Assembly (NCBI GenBank): GCA_973895155.1
Contig: OZ316897.1
Location: 13,701,375-13,765,374 of the forward strand
Reading direction: 5' to 3'
Source of the DNA: Marsupella aquatica
Taxonomy: Eukaryota; Plantae; Marchantiophyta
DNA: 64,000 nt
Below, in pieces: positions 24,522-38,866 of the stretch (the first letter of the stretch is position 1; every line of letters begins with the position of its first letter). A model generated the notes under the pieces. That model made no database searches. It saw only the letters and a program-made list of their open reading frames with translations, and was not told the origin of the DNA. The position numbers were made by a program, and so were the translations under genes.

Positions 24522-25599
24522 GTCACTCGATCGTTGTCGGGCGAGTCCTGAACAAGATATTTCTGGCCGCCCTCACAAATTGCAGTTTTGAAACCTCTAC
24601 TCTGGACACAGGGCACTACACTTTTTGGCACTTCGCAAAGTAGATCAAGCTCTCCAAGACGCAGGTGTTGTTTCTTGACTATATGATCTGCCACCAATCA
24701 GCAAATTGAGCTGCATAAACTTTGCAAAATGCATCAATGTCGGAGTACAAATGTTCGATGAGAATCACTTAATTCTTCCCTGAAAGAGATGCACTTCATT
24801 AAGGAATTTTCTCCCACCCTACTTCTAAGAAGAGCCATATTTGAGTCATGGCTGGGGGAGTGCCAGAGCAATCTGAAGCAGTCTTGCTGATTTCTTTGTT
24901 GCACTCATGTAGATCTCTTTTGTTGGACTTCTCACATGTCTCCTAAGAAAATCCCTGTTTCTTGTCTCTTTTTGAATTTCAAGTGTGATTTTCCCTCGAA
25001 AATCTTTAATCATATCTTTTTCGGTAGGGGCCACTTTTAGTTGGGCCCATAGAAGAGCGAGTAATACCCGTGGGAACAGACAAAATTAACTGATGAGAGT
25101 GTGGTCTCAAGGAAGCTTCTCTCTCTTTATAGATGTTTGTTTTGAAAGGAAGCTTCCTTCTGTTTTGTCTAGTGCAAAGTTTTGAGGGGCTACTATTGCC
25201 CACTATGCCATGGTAACAAAGCAGGTAAACACGCTAATCCTTAAAATATGTTTGGCTCTTCTACTTTAAACATTTCCCCCCCTTCTCTTCCTGCTTGAAG
25301 AGAAACCCAAATTACTTTTGCTATTTTGATTATTTCTCTTTCTTCATTTTTCTTTATTTCTTGTTTCTTGGTGATTGAACACCCATATCTGATTTTCCTA
25401 GATTAATTTCTGACCATCAGATTTCCTTGGATTTAAGGAATGGGGTCCGTGGCTAGATGAAAATCTGGGTTGCTAATAGGAAACAAACCAGAAGCAAATT
25501 TCTAGCCAAAAGTGGCCAATACTTTGGGAGAGGTGGAATCTAGTAAATTTTAGCCAGTAAAGAAAAGATGACTCCTCTTTTCGCACGAATTTGGTCCGC

Positions 25600-26770
25600 T
25601 CACATTTACTGTTCTTTGAGTGTGGCCACTTTTTTGGGCTTTAGACAACTGCGCTGTAATCAGACACTCTGTACCTGATCCGAATACTGTTATCCATTCC
25701 ATCACGGATCACTTGGACCACTTACTCCGCTACAACTAATGGTTCTCGGAATCTGACCACTTTTTCCGACTCTACACAACTGGGCTGTAATCCGACACTA
25801 TGTCGCTGATTCGATTACTATAATCCATTGCTAATTACGGATCACTGACTCCTTTACTGTTCTTGGAACCTGACCACTTTTTCCTACTTTACAGAACTAG
25901 GTTGTAATCCAACACTACCTATCCGATCCAATTACTGTAACCCATTTTTAGTTACAGATCATTTACTCCTTTACTGTTCTCGGAATCTGACCACTATTTC
26001 CAATTTTACACAGCTGGGCTGTGATCCAAAATTTCATAGCTGGTTACTATAATCCACTGCTAGTTACAGATCACTCCCTCCATTACAGTTCCTGGAATCT
26101 GACCACTTCTTTTGACTTTACAGAACTGGGCTGTAATCTGACACTACATGCATGTATCAAATTACTGCAATGCACTGCTAGTTATGGATATAGCTAAGGA
26201 CAGTTGCTTCTTTTTAATGAGAGATTTTATTGACCGTATACGTGGTTGGCTTGTAGATATTAGCTTCATTACTCGTTCCTTGAATATATAGCCTCATTAC
26301 TAGTTCATTGAATATAAATAGAGATGAAGAAAAAAAAAAAACTTATAGAATAAAGCATCCTATGTTATCTCTTGTATATATTTGTCTTATCCTTAGTTTT
26401 GTTCACATTCACTTTGTCCTTATTCAGAGTCCAATTTAGTCTTTATTTAGATTCCAATTTTGTACTTATTTTCGAGTAGGCTGTCTTTACATGGAGTTAA
26501 AGTCTAGAGGTTTCACTCTAAACACCCTAGCCCTTGAAACTAAAGTAGATTATGTTCGCAAGTTAATACTAAAGTAATGAAGGCTTACAGTGCTTTAGTG
26601 ATAGCAACCTAAAGTGACTAAAAATCATCCAGGTTACCTTAACGGATCACATTTACTGTTCTAGGAATCTGGCCACTATTTTCGACTTTATATAGCTGGG
26701 CTGTAATCGGACACTACGTAACCGATCCGATTACTGTAATCCCTTGTCAGTTACGGATCAGTTACTGTAA
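25600..26770. repeat. ~112-131 bp satellite: five tandem units plus one displaced unit, directly upstream of PIFI
   Basis: TGTTCT.GGAATCTGACCACT...CTGGGCTGTAATCC.ACACTA...GATTACTGTAATCC...GTTAC.GATCA at ~25609, 25740, 25858, 25975, 26087 and 26657. Confidence 0.9.
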
Positions 26771-26925
26771 AGTGAAGGTCGTCGCGCAATGTGATCAGAC
26801 TAGACTGCTTTCGTGGTCGAGGACGCATTTCATTTCGAGCTCAGAACACAGAGCTCGAGCGGCAGCGCGAGTGATTCGAAGCTTGTGTTCAGTTGGGGTG
26901 AGTCGATCGATTGAGGCGAGACAAG

Positions 26926-29900
26926 ATGGCGAGCTCGGTAGCGAAGATTGCCACGGCGGCGAGCACAATCCTGAAGTATTCATCTCCGTTGGGGAATTGC
27001 CCTGCTTCTCGAACGCGGCTGTCTTCTCTACAGACGAGCTCTGGTATGGCTCAAGAAATAGCGCGAAGAAAGGTCCATTTGGTTGGCTTCGTTTGCATGA
27101 TTTCGCTTCTGACAAAGTTTTCAGCGAAGCTGGGGCATGTATGTTTCTGTGATTGTGAGCGAGTTGGATGTTTTTTTGGGAGGGGATGTCTCAAATCGTG
27201 AGTGCGGATTTAAGTTTCTGTCGGTTTTCAGCCAATTTTGGTGTCTCGATTGGGGCCCTTTGGCGGTGTGGACCTCGAATTTTGGAGGCCTGTGTTGTGT
27301 TGTCGAAGACTCGTGAATTGGGTGTGAGATACTGGAGTTCCTTGTCAACTTCTTCCGTTGCGAATTGTGTCTTTTGCTTTTGGCTTCGTCACGCGAGACA
27401 GCTGGTTTGGTGCCCCATAACAGTGAGAGTGTTGGTGATGTTTTTGAACCTGCACGGCTTTATCTTGTGAATCAGCGTTTATCGTCCAATGAAACTCCTC
27501 ATGCTGTCTTGAACGTGGATAGTTTCCAATTCGACGGTCAAGACTTGAAACCTTTTGTTCTGATGCCTACAAAGCTTGAAATAGGTCCGAGTGAGTTTCA
27601 AAGTATTTCAGAGATTTGCTCGACACTACTGGAAGATCCTTCTCCCGTGAATTTCGTGAGACTGGATAATTTTCAGCACTTTTGTCAGATTTGCTCACTC
27701 GCTGCGAGTTCGGCTTATACTCAGTGGTTGTAATTCTCATAAAGCCTGTAGTGAGGGTCACTGAAGGTTTCGTAAACCTGAAAAACGTCAGGTCCTATCA
27801 GTTCCGAAATACTGTCAGAGATTCCAGAGCACTTCATGAGCCACTTTCCCTCAACTCCCTCCTCCCGCCAACTTTTTCTTTCCTTCCTTCCCCGCCCTCT
27901 AATCCTTCCAGGCGAGTTGTCCTTTCATAGGTCCCGGGTGGAGCGTCTTCTGCTCCTCGACTTTTTGGAAGGTTTCTGCACTAAACATATCCGTTGGTCA
28001 ATGATCAGTGTCATATACATACTAAACGAAGGATTTGTGCGAATTGGTAGAATCGAATCCCAGTTCTTCAATTTCCAAAAACTTCCGTAGTACACTCTAG
28101 GCTTTGGCCTCTGAAATCTACGTCCAGGAATATTTCTGGTCTCAGGGTCTGCTGTCACTCCCAGAGATAGGGTTCTGTCTGCGTCGAGTTTGCCTTTCGA
28201 GTTGGCATGTGATGGAGTGATTTTAGGTGGTATGCTCCGTGTGGGTCCGAAGGGTTCTTGAGAGCTGGTTTGTTGTTTGCTGCTACTTGAGTACTGGATA
28301 CTTGTCCTCCTGCTTGGGCTATTGGCGAAAGGGAGACAGACTTGCTTCTCACAAGTTTTTAAGGGAGATATACGTAATTTGCACTGCTTGCAGGTATAAA
28401 TGGATTTTCTCAGTTGGTTTCACGCCCTCGTCGAGTGCACCTGAGACGAAGGGCCGCTTCAGTAAAGATTTGTGCAGTAGCTACTACGGACAAGGTTCTG
28501 GAAAAGTGAGTCACCACAACCGCTTTTCCCCGTTTAAAAAAATTATTTCGTATTCGTTGTGGACGCTTACTCGAACGCCGCGCCATCAGGTGCATGTGGA
28601 GGGCTCATCCTGGATAAAATCCTTGAACTGCACGGTTTGAACTGGCAAGCAAATCCCTAATGTTCATATTGGAGTTCTTCCGTTGTAGCCCTCCTGCTTT
28701 GGCTCCTCCCAGACAAGAATGTCTGTACTGGTTTGCTTGAAAGTTCATTTGTGCTGAGCGGAGCCCTTCGATTGTCGGTCAAATTCTGAAGAGAAAACAA
28801 TACCTCTCAGATAACAGACCAATTCCTCAAGTGGGCTCGTCTAAACTTCCTGTATGATTCGATTTAGACTGTTGCTGTCAAGAAGGTGTCGGTTTTTCCT
28901 TGAACTACATTTGAGGCGTGGCTGCTAAAATTGCTTACGACATAAAGTGAAACGATTCCTATGGAGTTGATAGCAAGAATGAACATGGTTGCTCTTGACA
29001 ACATCGATTGTCTAAGAATAGCAGAAGTAAGCCGTAACGCTATCCCGATTTAGCTGTTAAATGAATTTTGGGTATATACCCTTAAACCCAAAATATTGGA
29101 ATGCTCATGATGGTCAGGAATCAAGTTGCATCTGCTTTTTTTGCAACCCACTCCCTAGATCTCCACAGTTAGGACACGGCTATATCTGACAGACCTTTGG
29201 TGTGCAACATAAGTTTAGATGTCCAGGTGAGCAGCATATTTTTGATGTATTTATGGTGAGAACGTGCTTAAATAATAAGTCTCCATATTCTGATAAAGTG
29301 GTATGTGACTTCTTTAACAGGTATTCCCTTCCAACATGGGCAGAGTTTGAAATGGGCCATTCTACTGTGTATTGGGAGACAGCGACAGGTGAAGCACCAG
29401 CGTCTGTAAGTATCAGTTGCTGGCAGAAATACCCATTCTTTGCTCCCATCAGCAATTTGATGACGAATGCGACATCCTGTCTCCATTGTCGCTGTGAAAT
29501 CAATGTGAACTGAACTATTTATGATCGTTAAAAATTTAGAGTAACTCTGCACTCGTGTTTCTACAGGGTAGTGCTCTTACTATATTCTTCAATCCGTCGG
29601 CAAGTGTACTTGAAGCAAGAACAGAATATGGGATTGGATTCAACGGTACCGCCCAACAACCTGTGCTTCGCGTCTTGGATTGTAGTCTAGCGTCGTAATT
29701 ATAGTTTGTATCGGCAGTTGTCTTTGGCTGCGTGCAGACTAGACGAGGCTTAATTTTATTTTTTCACTAGTTGTGTCAAGAGAAATGGTAATCGCTCCCC
29801 TGTTGTGGTTTCCTTCTTTGGTATGTCGTGGAATTCTCAGCCAGATTTTCTGTGGGTTTTCTCTCGTTTTTCTTTACTTAATTAGAAATCGTAGCATTTC

Positions 29901-31184
29901 AACCCATTCGACTCTGCGGAGGATTTCCTCACTCGTCAGTCGCGTCAGGATCTGCTAGATTGTGACAAGCTAGATATTCTTTGAATCTTCAATTCCACTA
30001 AGTTGGATCCGTACTGTATCTACAGGGGGCTTTAATCAGCCAATCATGTGCGGTGGAGAACCTAGGATCATGACCCCCAAGACACGTGGGGTTGCATGCA
30101 CTTCGTTTTACTCCATTAAGATCAATGTTCCTGAACATGGTATCCTTCGGACCTTGAACTGAGATTACTTGACCAAATTCTCATGGCTACTAAATGTTTG
30201 AATGGCACTCAACTTATGGGAGCAGTTCAATTGATGTCTGTTGCGGAACTAACTTCAGATTATTGTTCCGCAGCTTTGACTCTAGAATTTTCGTTCACGG
30301 ATGGTACGAGCTGGGATGGTCCTTATAAGATTGAATTTGAAGTTCCTGAGAAGTGGAAGAATATGCCAGTCATATTTTTTAACGAGGTAAATTGAAACTA
30401 TCAGAACCGTAGAGGAATGTTTGAGTCTGCAAGTACTGTGCCTTTGAGCTTTCGTTCATCTGAAGTTCGTTAAACCATGTCGTTTGGTCTTCCTATGTGC
30501 TTGCTATCAATCAGGCGGTTAAATGGTTAGGGAGTAGGTATGTCGTACTAACAAAGACAGGGTTCTTTTCAAGCCAAAGGGTCTGGACACTAACATGAAG
30601 AAGATCAGTAATGAACCACTTGTTTGATCAGTGTTGATTCTAAACTGTGCACGATGCCTCCCTCGAAATTGTCTCCTACCGTGCCTGTTCAGGGCTTAGC
30701 GCAGACTCTTTCTGCTGAGGGGGCCTGTGAAAGTGCTATATATCCAGAACCCACTTTTGTACAAGATCGATGTTCGTTTCCTGCAAATTTGACAATAGAA
30801 GGGGTAAGTCAGCATCCCCTTGGAATTTGTTTTTCACGGACATTCTATGATAAAACTAACCATACGACGTGAGAGAACAGACAAGTTGTTGGAATAATCA
30901 TTCAGCTGCTCTTTGAAGGTGAAAAGAAGATCTCATGATACCATGGTTGGGTATAGTCCTCTACATAGTAACAGAGCTGATATTCATTGCAATTCTCTTG
31001 CATGGCTAAAATACTGCTGGCTAAAATACTGCTTGTTTGTTTCTTCATTGTGTCTGTGCAGGGTAATCGGTGTGACCTTGAATGGGTGCCAGGTTGCACA
31101 GATCCAGAGAATCCTTTCTATGACCCTTTGGCAAATGTGGAAGATGGTTCATGTCCCTACATTAGTGACAGTGACACCGAATAA
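26926..31184 (+). CDS. PIFI: POST-ILLUMINATION CHLOROPHYLL FLUORESCENCE INCREASE, chloroplast protein (8 exons)
   Basis: Exons 26926-27043, 28394-28505, 29321-29405, 29567-29645, 30026-30139, 30274-30386, 30693-30803, 31062-31184; all GT-AG and in phase. Ser/Arg-rich transit peptide, then YSLPTWAEFE...FNGGFNQPIMCGGEPR...FSFTDG..WDGPY...PGCTDP..P.YDPLANV.DGSC. Confidence 0.95.
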
Positions 31185-31859
31185 CGAACTGCAAGGGGTG
31201 TAACAATATGTCCAAAATTTGACGACAATGACGACGAAACCCCATATTGTGCGCAATAGATTATCAAAGCATGTAAGCTTGTAGATGTGCTGACTGTTGT
31301 CAAGTACGAGATGATGAGGGATCTTGAGCACTGACCAGGAGTATTTCCTGCAAGCAGAAGTCATCTCTCGTTGTTGCTAGGGTTGTGTGTACAGTCCTCA
31401 AACTGGGTATTATTTAATGAGCTCAGATGATAGTCATGTTGACAACTTGAGGAGCGGAGTTGAGTTAGGGTGGGGCTTCGGTGGAGGGCTTGGACCTGTG
31501 TAATATATTGCCTATTATTTTCCATTCTCATTCTGTTCACATCTTGGATTTTGAGCTTCTCCTCCCTCGGGTCCCATGCAAGCTGAACATTCGGAGGTCA
31601 CTGTCTGACTTCAGAGTTTGTACCTTCTCATTTGGATATTAGTGCGCTCTTCTGAGCGAGGCAAAAGTTGCATAAGAGCCTTCAATGCTTCATTGGCTTT
31701 TAAATTCTAGAATAGCGTCGACAGAAAATGCGTGTAAAGTATTTAGAGAACCAGGCGTCACAGTTACATTTAAAGTCCCTCGTGTCCATCCTCAGATTAC
31801 ACGTAGTTTTGCATATAATGCGAAGGTACCGTAGGTGGTTGCGGAGAAAGCGAACCTTC

Positions 31860-34800
31860 ACGTTTTGATGGAAGTGAGAGTAAAGACAGGGATGAGTATA
31901 ATATTTCGGATCTCTTGTTGGCGAGCTCCAAAACGTGAATTGTCTTTTGACTTGATAGTACTTCTGAGCTTTGAAAAGTCCATAAATTTGATTGAAGCTT
32001 CGAAATTGGGCAGAATAACGTTAAAAATCGTTCTGGGGGCTGCAGGGGGAGGAGGGGGGGGGGGGGATTGGGTGGGTGGGAACTGAAATTGAATTGTTTT
32101 CGATTTTAGAGGGATCCTTAGAAGCGGTGCGAGGAAATAGTGTGGCCTCAAGTTGTGGTTATAATGGTGGTACTTCAAAACGATCACTGTTCGGATAAAT
32201 TTGCTCGAAGCTCCTCAATGTGAATGATCCGAGGAAACTTTTGTCGCTCTGGACAGGACAGGCGACGACTCTTTTGATACCATTGAGGACATCTCTCTAA
32301 CATTGAGGCAGGTGATGACTCTTTTGATGTCATTGAACAGTCGAGAAATCTAGTGTTGCCAGTGAGGATACTGCTCTCGCTTCGAGCAATAGATAATCGA
32401 ATGTTGTTTTGAAGAATACTCCTGTTACATTGGACTGTCCATGAATCTACTGCTGTACACAGAATTGGGTTACGTCTGGTCACGATTATGTTGCACCAAC
32501 TTGTAAAGACACGTCTTTAGTTACTTTCAAGGTATTGTACTCTTCAGGCAGCACTCTCACACAGTCTCATCAATTTTCCTTGTCATTCAATAGCTAATTG
32601 ACCGACACACATGAATTCCTGTCCCACACCCCATTTTCTGAAGACAGTCGCCGGATTTCCCTTCCTTGAAATCTCTGCGATTTTCAACCACTCTTCCCAA
32701 TTTTCTATAATGACTCCAGAGATTCTTCTGTTGAGTATGACTATTAGGCTCGGCTGGGCTATAAAACGGGGGTCCTCATCGGGAGATTTGACCTTGGAGG
32801 TTGAAAGATTGTATATCTCAGAAAATGTGCGATCTCGTTCCTTAGTAGACTCAGCAAGGTAAGTTACCCATGTGTGAAGGAAATAAAGTAGGCTCTTGAA
32901 GCAAGCTTCCAATTGAAAGACTGCAAAACGGTACCGCGAATCTGCAGAATACTGCACTGTAGAGGCCACTGTCAACGGACCAGAGGACATGTGACATAGA
33001 AAAAGAAAGGACACGACAATTTGTGATGCACGATATGATGTTCCCCGGTGTTGTAACGAAAAACGTACCTAGGGTTTCGGTGCATTCGTATTGAATAAAG
33101 ATCATTGGTGCTTATCTCTTTCTCTATTAGATCGTAGGGCTGCTTCGTCTTGTTTGTAGCGTGAAGGTGACTCCAGAGGTTGTGACCTGGTCCTTTCTTA
33201 TTTCTGAGGAGTTCTCTAGATTGATTCCAATAGTATTAGATTAGTCAATCAACACCACTCAAAAATACGGGGAATATGGGTAATTCCATCGCACACAAAT
33301 TTGGCATTGACAGTCTTGTAAATCTGAGGCTCAACTTGTTTTCATTTAAAAGAAGCTTTCTGTTTCGATTCAAGGCGGTGATAATTCGAAGCAACTTGAT
33401 TGCATGTGCACAAATCCGTGGATTGATTCTGCATTCAGGTGTGGATCCTTTGTCACTAATTGCAAAGTGCAAGAAACCTTGGCACGTTGCAATGGTCAAC
33501 AATTGCAAAGTCACCAAACAAGTAATGGACTTAAAATTGGTGGCAACCCCAAAAGATAGCTGTCAAAAGATGGCTGCATGATTGCTAGCCAAGCACGCTG
33601 TCCTTTCCCTTGGAATCCAACCATAAAGGAGAATCGTACACGGGAAAGGGGGCGGGGGTGGTAGTCACAGGGGTGGACAAAACGATATAAACAACCCCAA
33701 CACAGTATACCGAAGAACCTGGAATGAGCTTTTTCAAAGATTTGGGCCCATGAACAGTAAAAATGCACATGACAAAGTGACGCTAGCACTGTAGAGGAAA
33801 TGTAGTTAACGTCACGAAGTCACATAATTGAGCCGAGTTTTCAGCTCCCATTGGTTGTGCTGATGACATGTATGAGACAATTCGCCAGTTCAGATATTAC
33901 TGCCGTTGAACGGTGGGTGGCTCACTGTCCAAATGTTGTTGGTGGTGTTCTGTAGAGTCTCAGTATCATTTCACGATGGGTGGCCTCATGGTAGATAGAC
34001 TATAAGGATTCATCAAATCGTCTAGTGAACCAGGTGTTGATTATAAGAACTGTCTCATCATTCCCCATCGTGCGCTTAAGAAGCTACGTGGGTGTGCTGG
34101 TCCTCCAACATTTTTCACTCCTAGTCAAAATTAGCTTTGACGAAGCAAGTACAGAAGTGTGCATTCGTTCTCCCTGTTTGTTAGTGGTCAGTTAGACGAA
34201 ACCATGAGAGTCACGATACGGCGAGGAAAGTGGGCCAGGCTAGCCAGGAACATTCTTCTCGAACAGGTAGGTGACTGGTATTTGTAAGACATAAGAAATT
34301 TTGCCTCGTTGTCTTTTGAAGAGTGACGTCCTTCACCGCCTTTGCCGCAGGTGGGTGGCTTCTATAATCGAACTTCTGGGACTGGGTCACGGGTTACACA
34401 ACATGCATGTTGCGTTATTTGGTGGGACATGGCCCTTGATCATGCAGGTCTCTCATTGAAGCTACCAGCATCCTTCTGTCGCTCCTTGCCTTTCACTGCA
34501 TGTATCAGTCCCATGAAGTCATATTCGAGGTGACGTGTTGCCTGTCGTTGTCCCATTAAGTCTTATGTGAGCAGAGACATGACACCTAGACGTTTCGTCG
34601 TTCATCTTTCTCGTCCTGGCTGTTCCATTGCGACTTCAATGTCGCACATACATCATGTTCTGGATGCAACCAGGACGGTTAACCATATGATCCCAATATA
34701 CACCCAAAGAGCGAGAGTCCGGGAACGAACCGTAATTGCTCCAATGACAACTGCATATCACGACATTCCTCCCCACTGATATACTTCGATTGTATTAGCC

Positions 34801-35510
34801 TTTGCACCAGATACTCGGAAACGAAACCCTGAATCTCCGAAGGTGTCGATTGCAAATCAGGAGAATACACAATAGGTAACAATCTCTACTTACATTAGTG
34901 ACGCTCCTTGGGAGTGATATTATTCCTGGCTTGTTCGCAATCATATAGCCACAGATCACAGATCACAGATCACCCGTACTAGAATTGAGTGCATAAGAAG
35001 GGAAAGACACCCAGCAGTAAACATAGAAACAGAACAAATCGTATGAATAAATGGTTCGGTAGTAGACAAGGGAGACATTGTGTCGAGGATATCTGTCTAT
35101 TGATGAGTTCAGTTGAGCTGGGATTCACCAACTGTCAACTTCCTCCTATACATAAGGCACAATTTGGAATCTACAGCCACAGCGAAATTCCAAGGACCAA
35201 TTCAGAGTGAAGATCCTTCCATTATTTTGTCCTGCCAGTGACGTTTGCACTGTAATAAAGCGGGCGGGCCGGTGTTTCGAAGTATGTACCACTTCAAGTA
35301 GTGCCAAGCATCCAACCTGATTCGTAATAGTATCCATGCAGTGTGGATCCGGTGAGATTACGTCAATTCCTGGGCATTTGAGGCCACTAATTACACTCGC
35401 GAATCTGCAGGTGGTGGCAATTCTCCTATTTGTACAGGTGGAAACATATCCGTCCAGCACAGGCTGCTCGAAGAAGCTTTCTGTTATCTCGTACTTACAA
35501 CTCCACACAC
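31860..35510 (-). pseudogene. Decayed coding-like region, possibly an LRR-ROC (TORNADO1-like) pseudogene
   Basis: Broken minus-strand frames show LRR-like fragments (LSLFGCILGSYG; LANCLIHVISTTNGS) followed by ROC-like ones (PVFLSG; HTWVTYLAES...PSLIVILNR). The resemblance is weak and no intact P-loop is seen. Confidence 0.3.
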
Positions 35511-35690
35511 CATCTCCAACAAGGAAAACTGGCTCGGCACTCCTGTTTGCAGAATGAACGCCGATAAGGGTGGATGACCTGTCTACTAACTATTTGATTA
35601 CTAAAGCCGATTCGGACCCCATGCACTTATTCAACTGTGCAATTTATCCTTGAATTCTTCACTCGTAGATGAAGTAAAGTCATTCAATTT

Positions 35691-38600
35691 TTACGATGAT
35701 GGGGGTTTGCAATCCATGGGGTAACTCCCCAACACTCTAAGAAAAGTTGCAAATTCCTGCCACATCCACAACAGAAATCCGGCCTCAGCTTCCAGAACAG
35801 TTGTCGGCCACGTACTCAGATTATAAACAGTCTATCCTTCACACCCACACTAGTCTAACCCTCATCATCACTGTCCTTTGCACAAGAAAGCCGCTCAGTG
35901 AATTTTCAGTTCAAAACTCCCATACAAAATTCTAGACATATCACTTGTACTTACTTGTAAATGACCCAATGCATTTTGTGCTCGTGGGTCAGCCATAGAG
36001 GCTTCGAAATCAATGTAAAAGAGATAGTCAAAATACCTGCAAGAGAATTCAGGTCAGGACGGACTGCTTCCGATCATTTGATCCGGTCAATTGTTATGGG
36101 TCCCAACCCCCTAGTTTACAGTTTTAATCTACTCAACTTTTTAAATTAACTTGAAAGCCAAACATGTACTTCCCTGGATCAAAGAGCAATTCAGCACAGT
36201 CATGTCTAACTGAACGAAAGAAACTAAGTATCTAGAACCGTGAGCTTAATACAACTAGAGAAAGACTTACTTGGCAGATCCAGTATTGCTGTCATCAACC
36301 ACGCGCAAGGGTTTTCTTCTTTGAGGGCGACTTTCAATCTGCGCACAGAAGTTTGTTATAATTTACTGAAACAGGCTTGTAAGGTGCAACTATTTGACTC
36401 ACCATGAGATGGTATTACACTAAAACAGCTGGCGAAAGAGATGAGAAATAGCCTTCAAGAATGGAAGGCATGGAATACAAAACTCATCAGGATGGACAAT
36501 TCGCTTCCACTACTTCAACCAACTCCCTCCCTATCAAGAGAAGCCTTCACCCACCCACAAGACGGAAAATACCAAACGCGCTCGACTTGGGGGATCTCGT
36601 CACAACACCGACAGATTATGTAAATCAGGACAAAGTGCTGCTCACCTTTGTCAAGTTGATGCCCCTTAGTGCAAAAGCTGAGAGCGCCTTAAATAGTACC
36701 CCTGGGCCCTCTTCTAGAGTGAAAACAATACTTGTCTGCATAAACACATCACGTAAAACTTGGGTTCAGTCCAAATGAGTTCCCGACACAACTTCGAGCA
36801 ACTATGAAAAAGAGACAGCCTCAGGCTGGGTCATCACCGCTGCTAACAGCCAATTCCGATGTAATCTGCAGAACTCCTGATTCATACATGTCGTTACTCT
36901 CTCGTAGACAATCTGTCACTTACCTTGAACGGTCTATCAGTCCTTGGAATAATAGGCTCCCTCGCGAGCATCAGGAATCGTGTCACATTGTCTGAGTCAT
37001 CCTGTTCAAAATTTGCCACAAAATCTCAGGTCAATGCAAGCCAGAGACATATTGCATTCGTCCACTACAGCTCTTGTGGTACGCAGCAAGAGAGTGGAAC
37101 AAAGAATCTCACAAAAACCTGGGATCAGTCAAATTCAATACCCTGAAGACAAGATTACATCAGGATTTCCCGAATTCAGGTACCTGAATGCCATCTGCGA
37201 GAATGGCTAAGCCATAGATTTCAGCTGCTCGAGCACTCGCTACAGCGCCAGTGTCCCGCATATTATTGGCAGCAATGAACTGCAAAAGGCAGACGGTTTC
37301 ATTAAAATAACTTCCTCGAACGACCCCAATGAACAACTTAGCTTTGGGAAGCGTGACGACATCAAGACACAGAACGATCTTCATACTGGTATCTACTGTG
37401 AGGACCTAAATAAGCCCAGTCTACATTACAAAGCACAAAGTTTACCTGTGCAGCACCGGCTGTGTCATCGACGGCCTCTCGTGTAACGCCTAGCTTTGAC
37501 AACGTATTTTCGCATTGGGCCAAGGCCTGCAGTCCGTTAACATCGTAGTTACTATCCATACCTCCAGATCTCCAGCCCAAACTTCAACAACCGTGAAGCT
37601 TCAATCATTCAAATTGAGTGCACGCAAAGGGAGAATCTCACCTGTTGATGACTGACAACCCTTTTCAACTCCGTCACTGGAACGCCAGGAATTGCCATGA
37701 GGCAATGATGTACAGCTAGTTGTACTTCACCCACAATGTGCAGGCGGTGACGGAGAAGAAGATCGTAATTTCGATGTATGCTTCCTCCCAGAGAATTCTC
37801 AATTGGCAAAACAGCTCTGTCGACTAGCCACAATTCCACAGCCTGCCAACGAAAGGGGAGAACATCAGACCCCCATACAGAAGGCTCCCAGGATTCATAG
37901 CTGCCAGGATTCATCTGCTATTAACTATCCCACAAAGAGAATGCCGTCAATACCTGGAAAGTGGCATCGAACTGTTCACACGGAACAGGCTCGCAGTTCG
38001 GGTAAGCCTTCGCAGCTGCAGCTTCACTGTAAGCACCGGGAACACCCTGCCCGAGTAAACAATAGAACTGGTCAGCAAAGATCCGAAATAAGCAGTCACA
38101 TGCTCTACGAGACGACTGACGTCAAGCCCGGCTACTAGAGGTATTCAGTACATGCTTTGTCAGTCTCGAAGAACAAATCTGACTTGCGACAAGGACAATT
38201 CAGATTACTAAACTACACATAGTATGCTCAATTGTGGAAGATCACTGGGGCCACTTCACAAAAGACACGTACTTGATACGCCACTCGCAGCTGAGATCCG
38301 TGCCGGGGCTGCAGTGCCAAATCTGTGACGGACAAGGGCTCTGTTCAAAGCACACACAAGTCGAATAAGCACTCTCTTATTGCAGCAGACACCCAAAAGA
38401 ATACGAATTTGTCCCATGACAATTAAAAATGCTTTGCTAGGCGAGAAGGCACGCGCTTCGGGGTTGAGGCAAGAGAAGATCACACACTTGGCAGAGTAAG
38501 CAGGTCTCGAGTAGTGGTCAAAGCCCCATTTGCTAAGGTGGCCAGTTCCTGTATAGCCTTCTCCTCTTCCAGCTGTGTGTTCACCCACTGACTAGACAAG

Positions 38601-38866
38601 ACGGCGCACGAGCTCTGCCACTGAGCACCTCGCCCCGCCAGGGGATCCAAATAAGGTGAGCCTCCGGAGGCCCAGGTGACTTCCCCGCTAGCATTGTAGG
38701 CTGCTCGGCACACCTCCCGATTGTAGCCTTCCTCCTGTTTCACCCCATGGCGCAGCAATTTCACAGCCTTCTTGGCCGAAGGTGAAGAGGCAGGATCCGG
38801 AGATGCAACGGCTCCTCCCTTGGCGAACAGAGCGGAATCCGCGAACCTAAGACTTGAGCAAGCCAT
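35691..38866 (-). CDS. ADT: Arogenate/prephenate dehydratase, plastid-targeted (11 coding exons)
   Basis: Spliced peptides: transit peptide...[14 protein letters not shown]|[102 protein letters not shown]; stop at 35691-35693. A 5'-UTR acceptor lies at ~38877. Confidence 0.97.

Noticed and set aside
25600-26770. CRISPR-like or tRNA/5S gene array
   Set aside because: Whole units are homologous with no unique spacers; no cloverleaf, A/B boxes or 5S similarity recognised.
28227-28640. 137-aa ORF frame as PIFI exon 2
   Set aside because: Splice phases require a different frame (GINGFSQLVSRPRR...VLEK) for 28394-28505.
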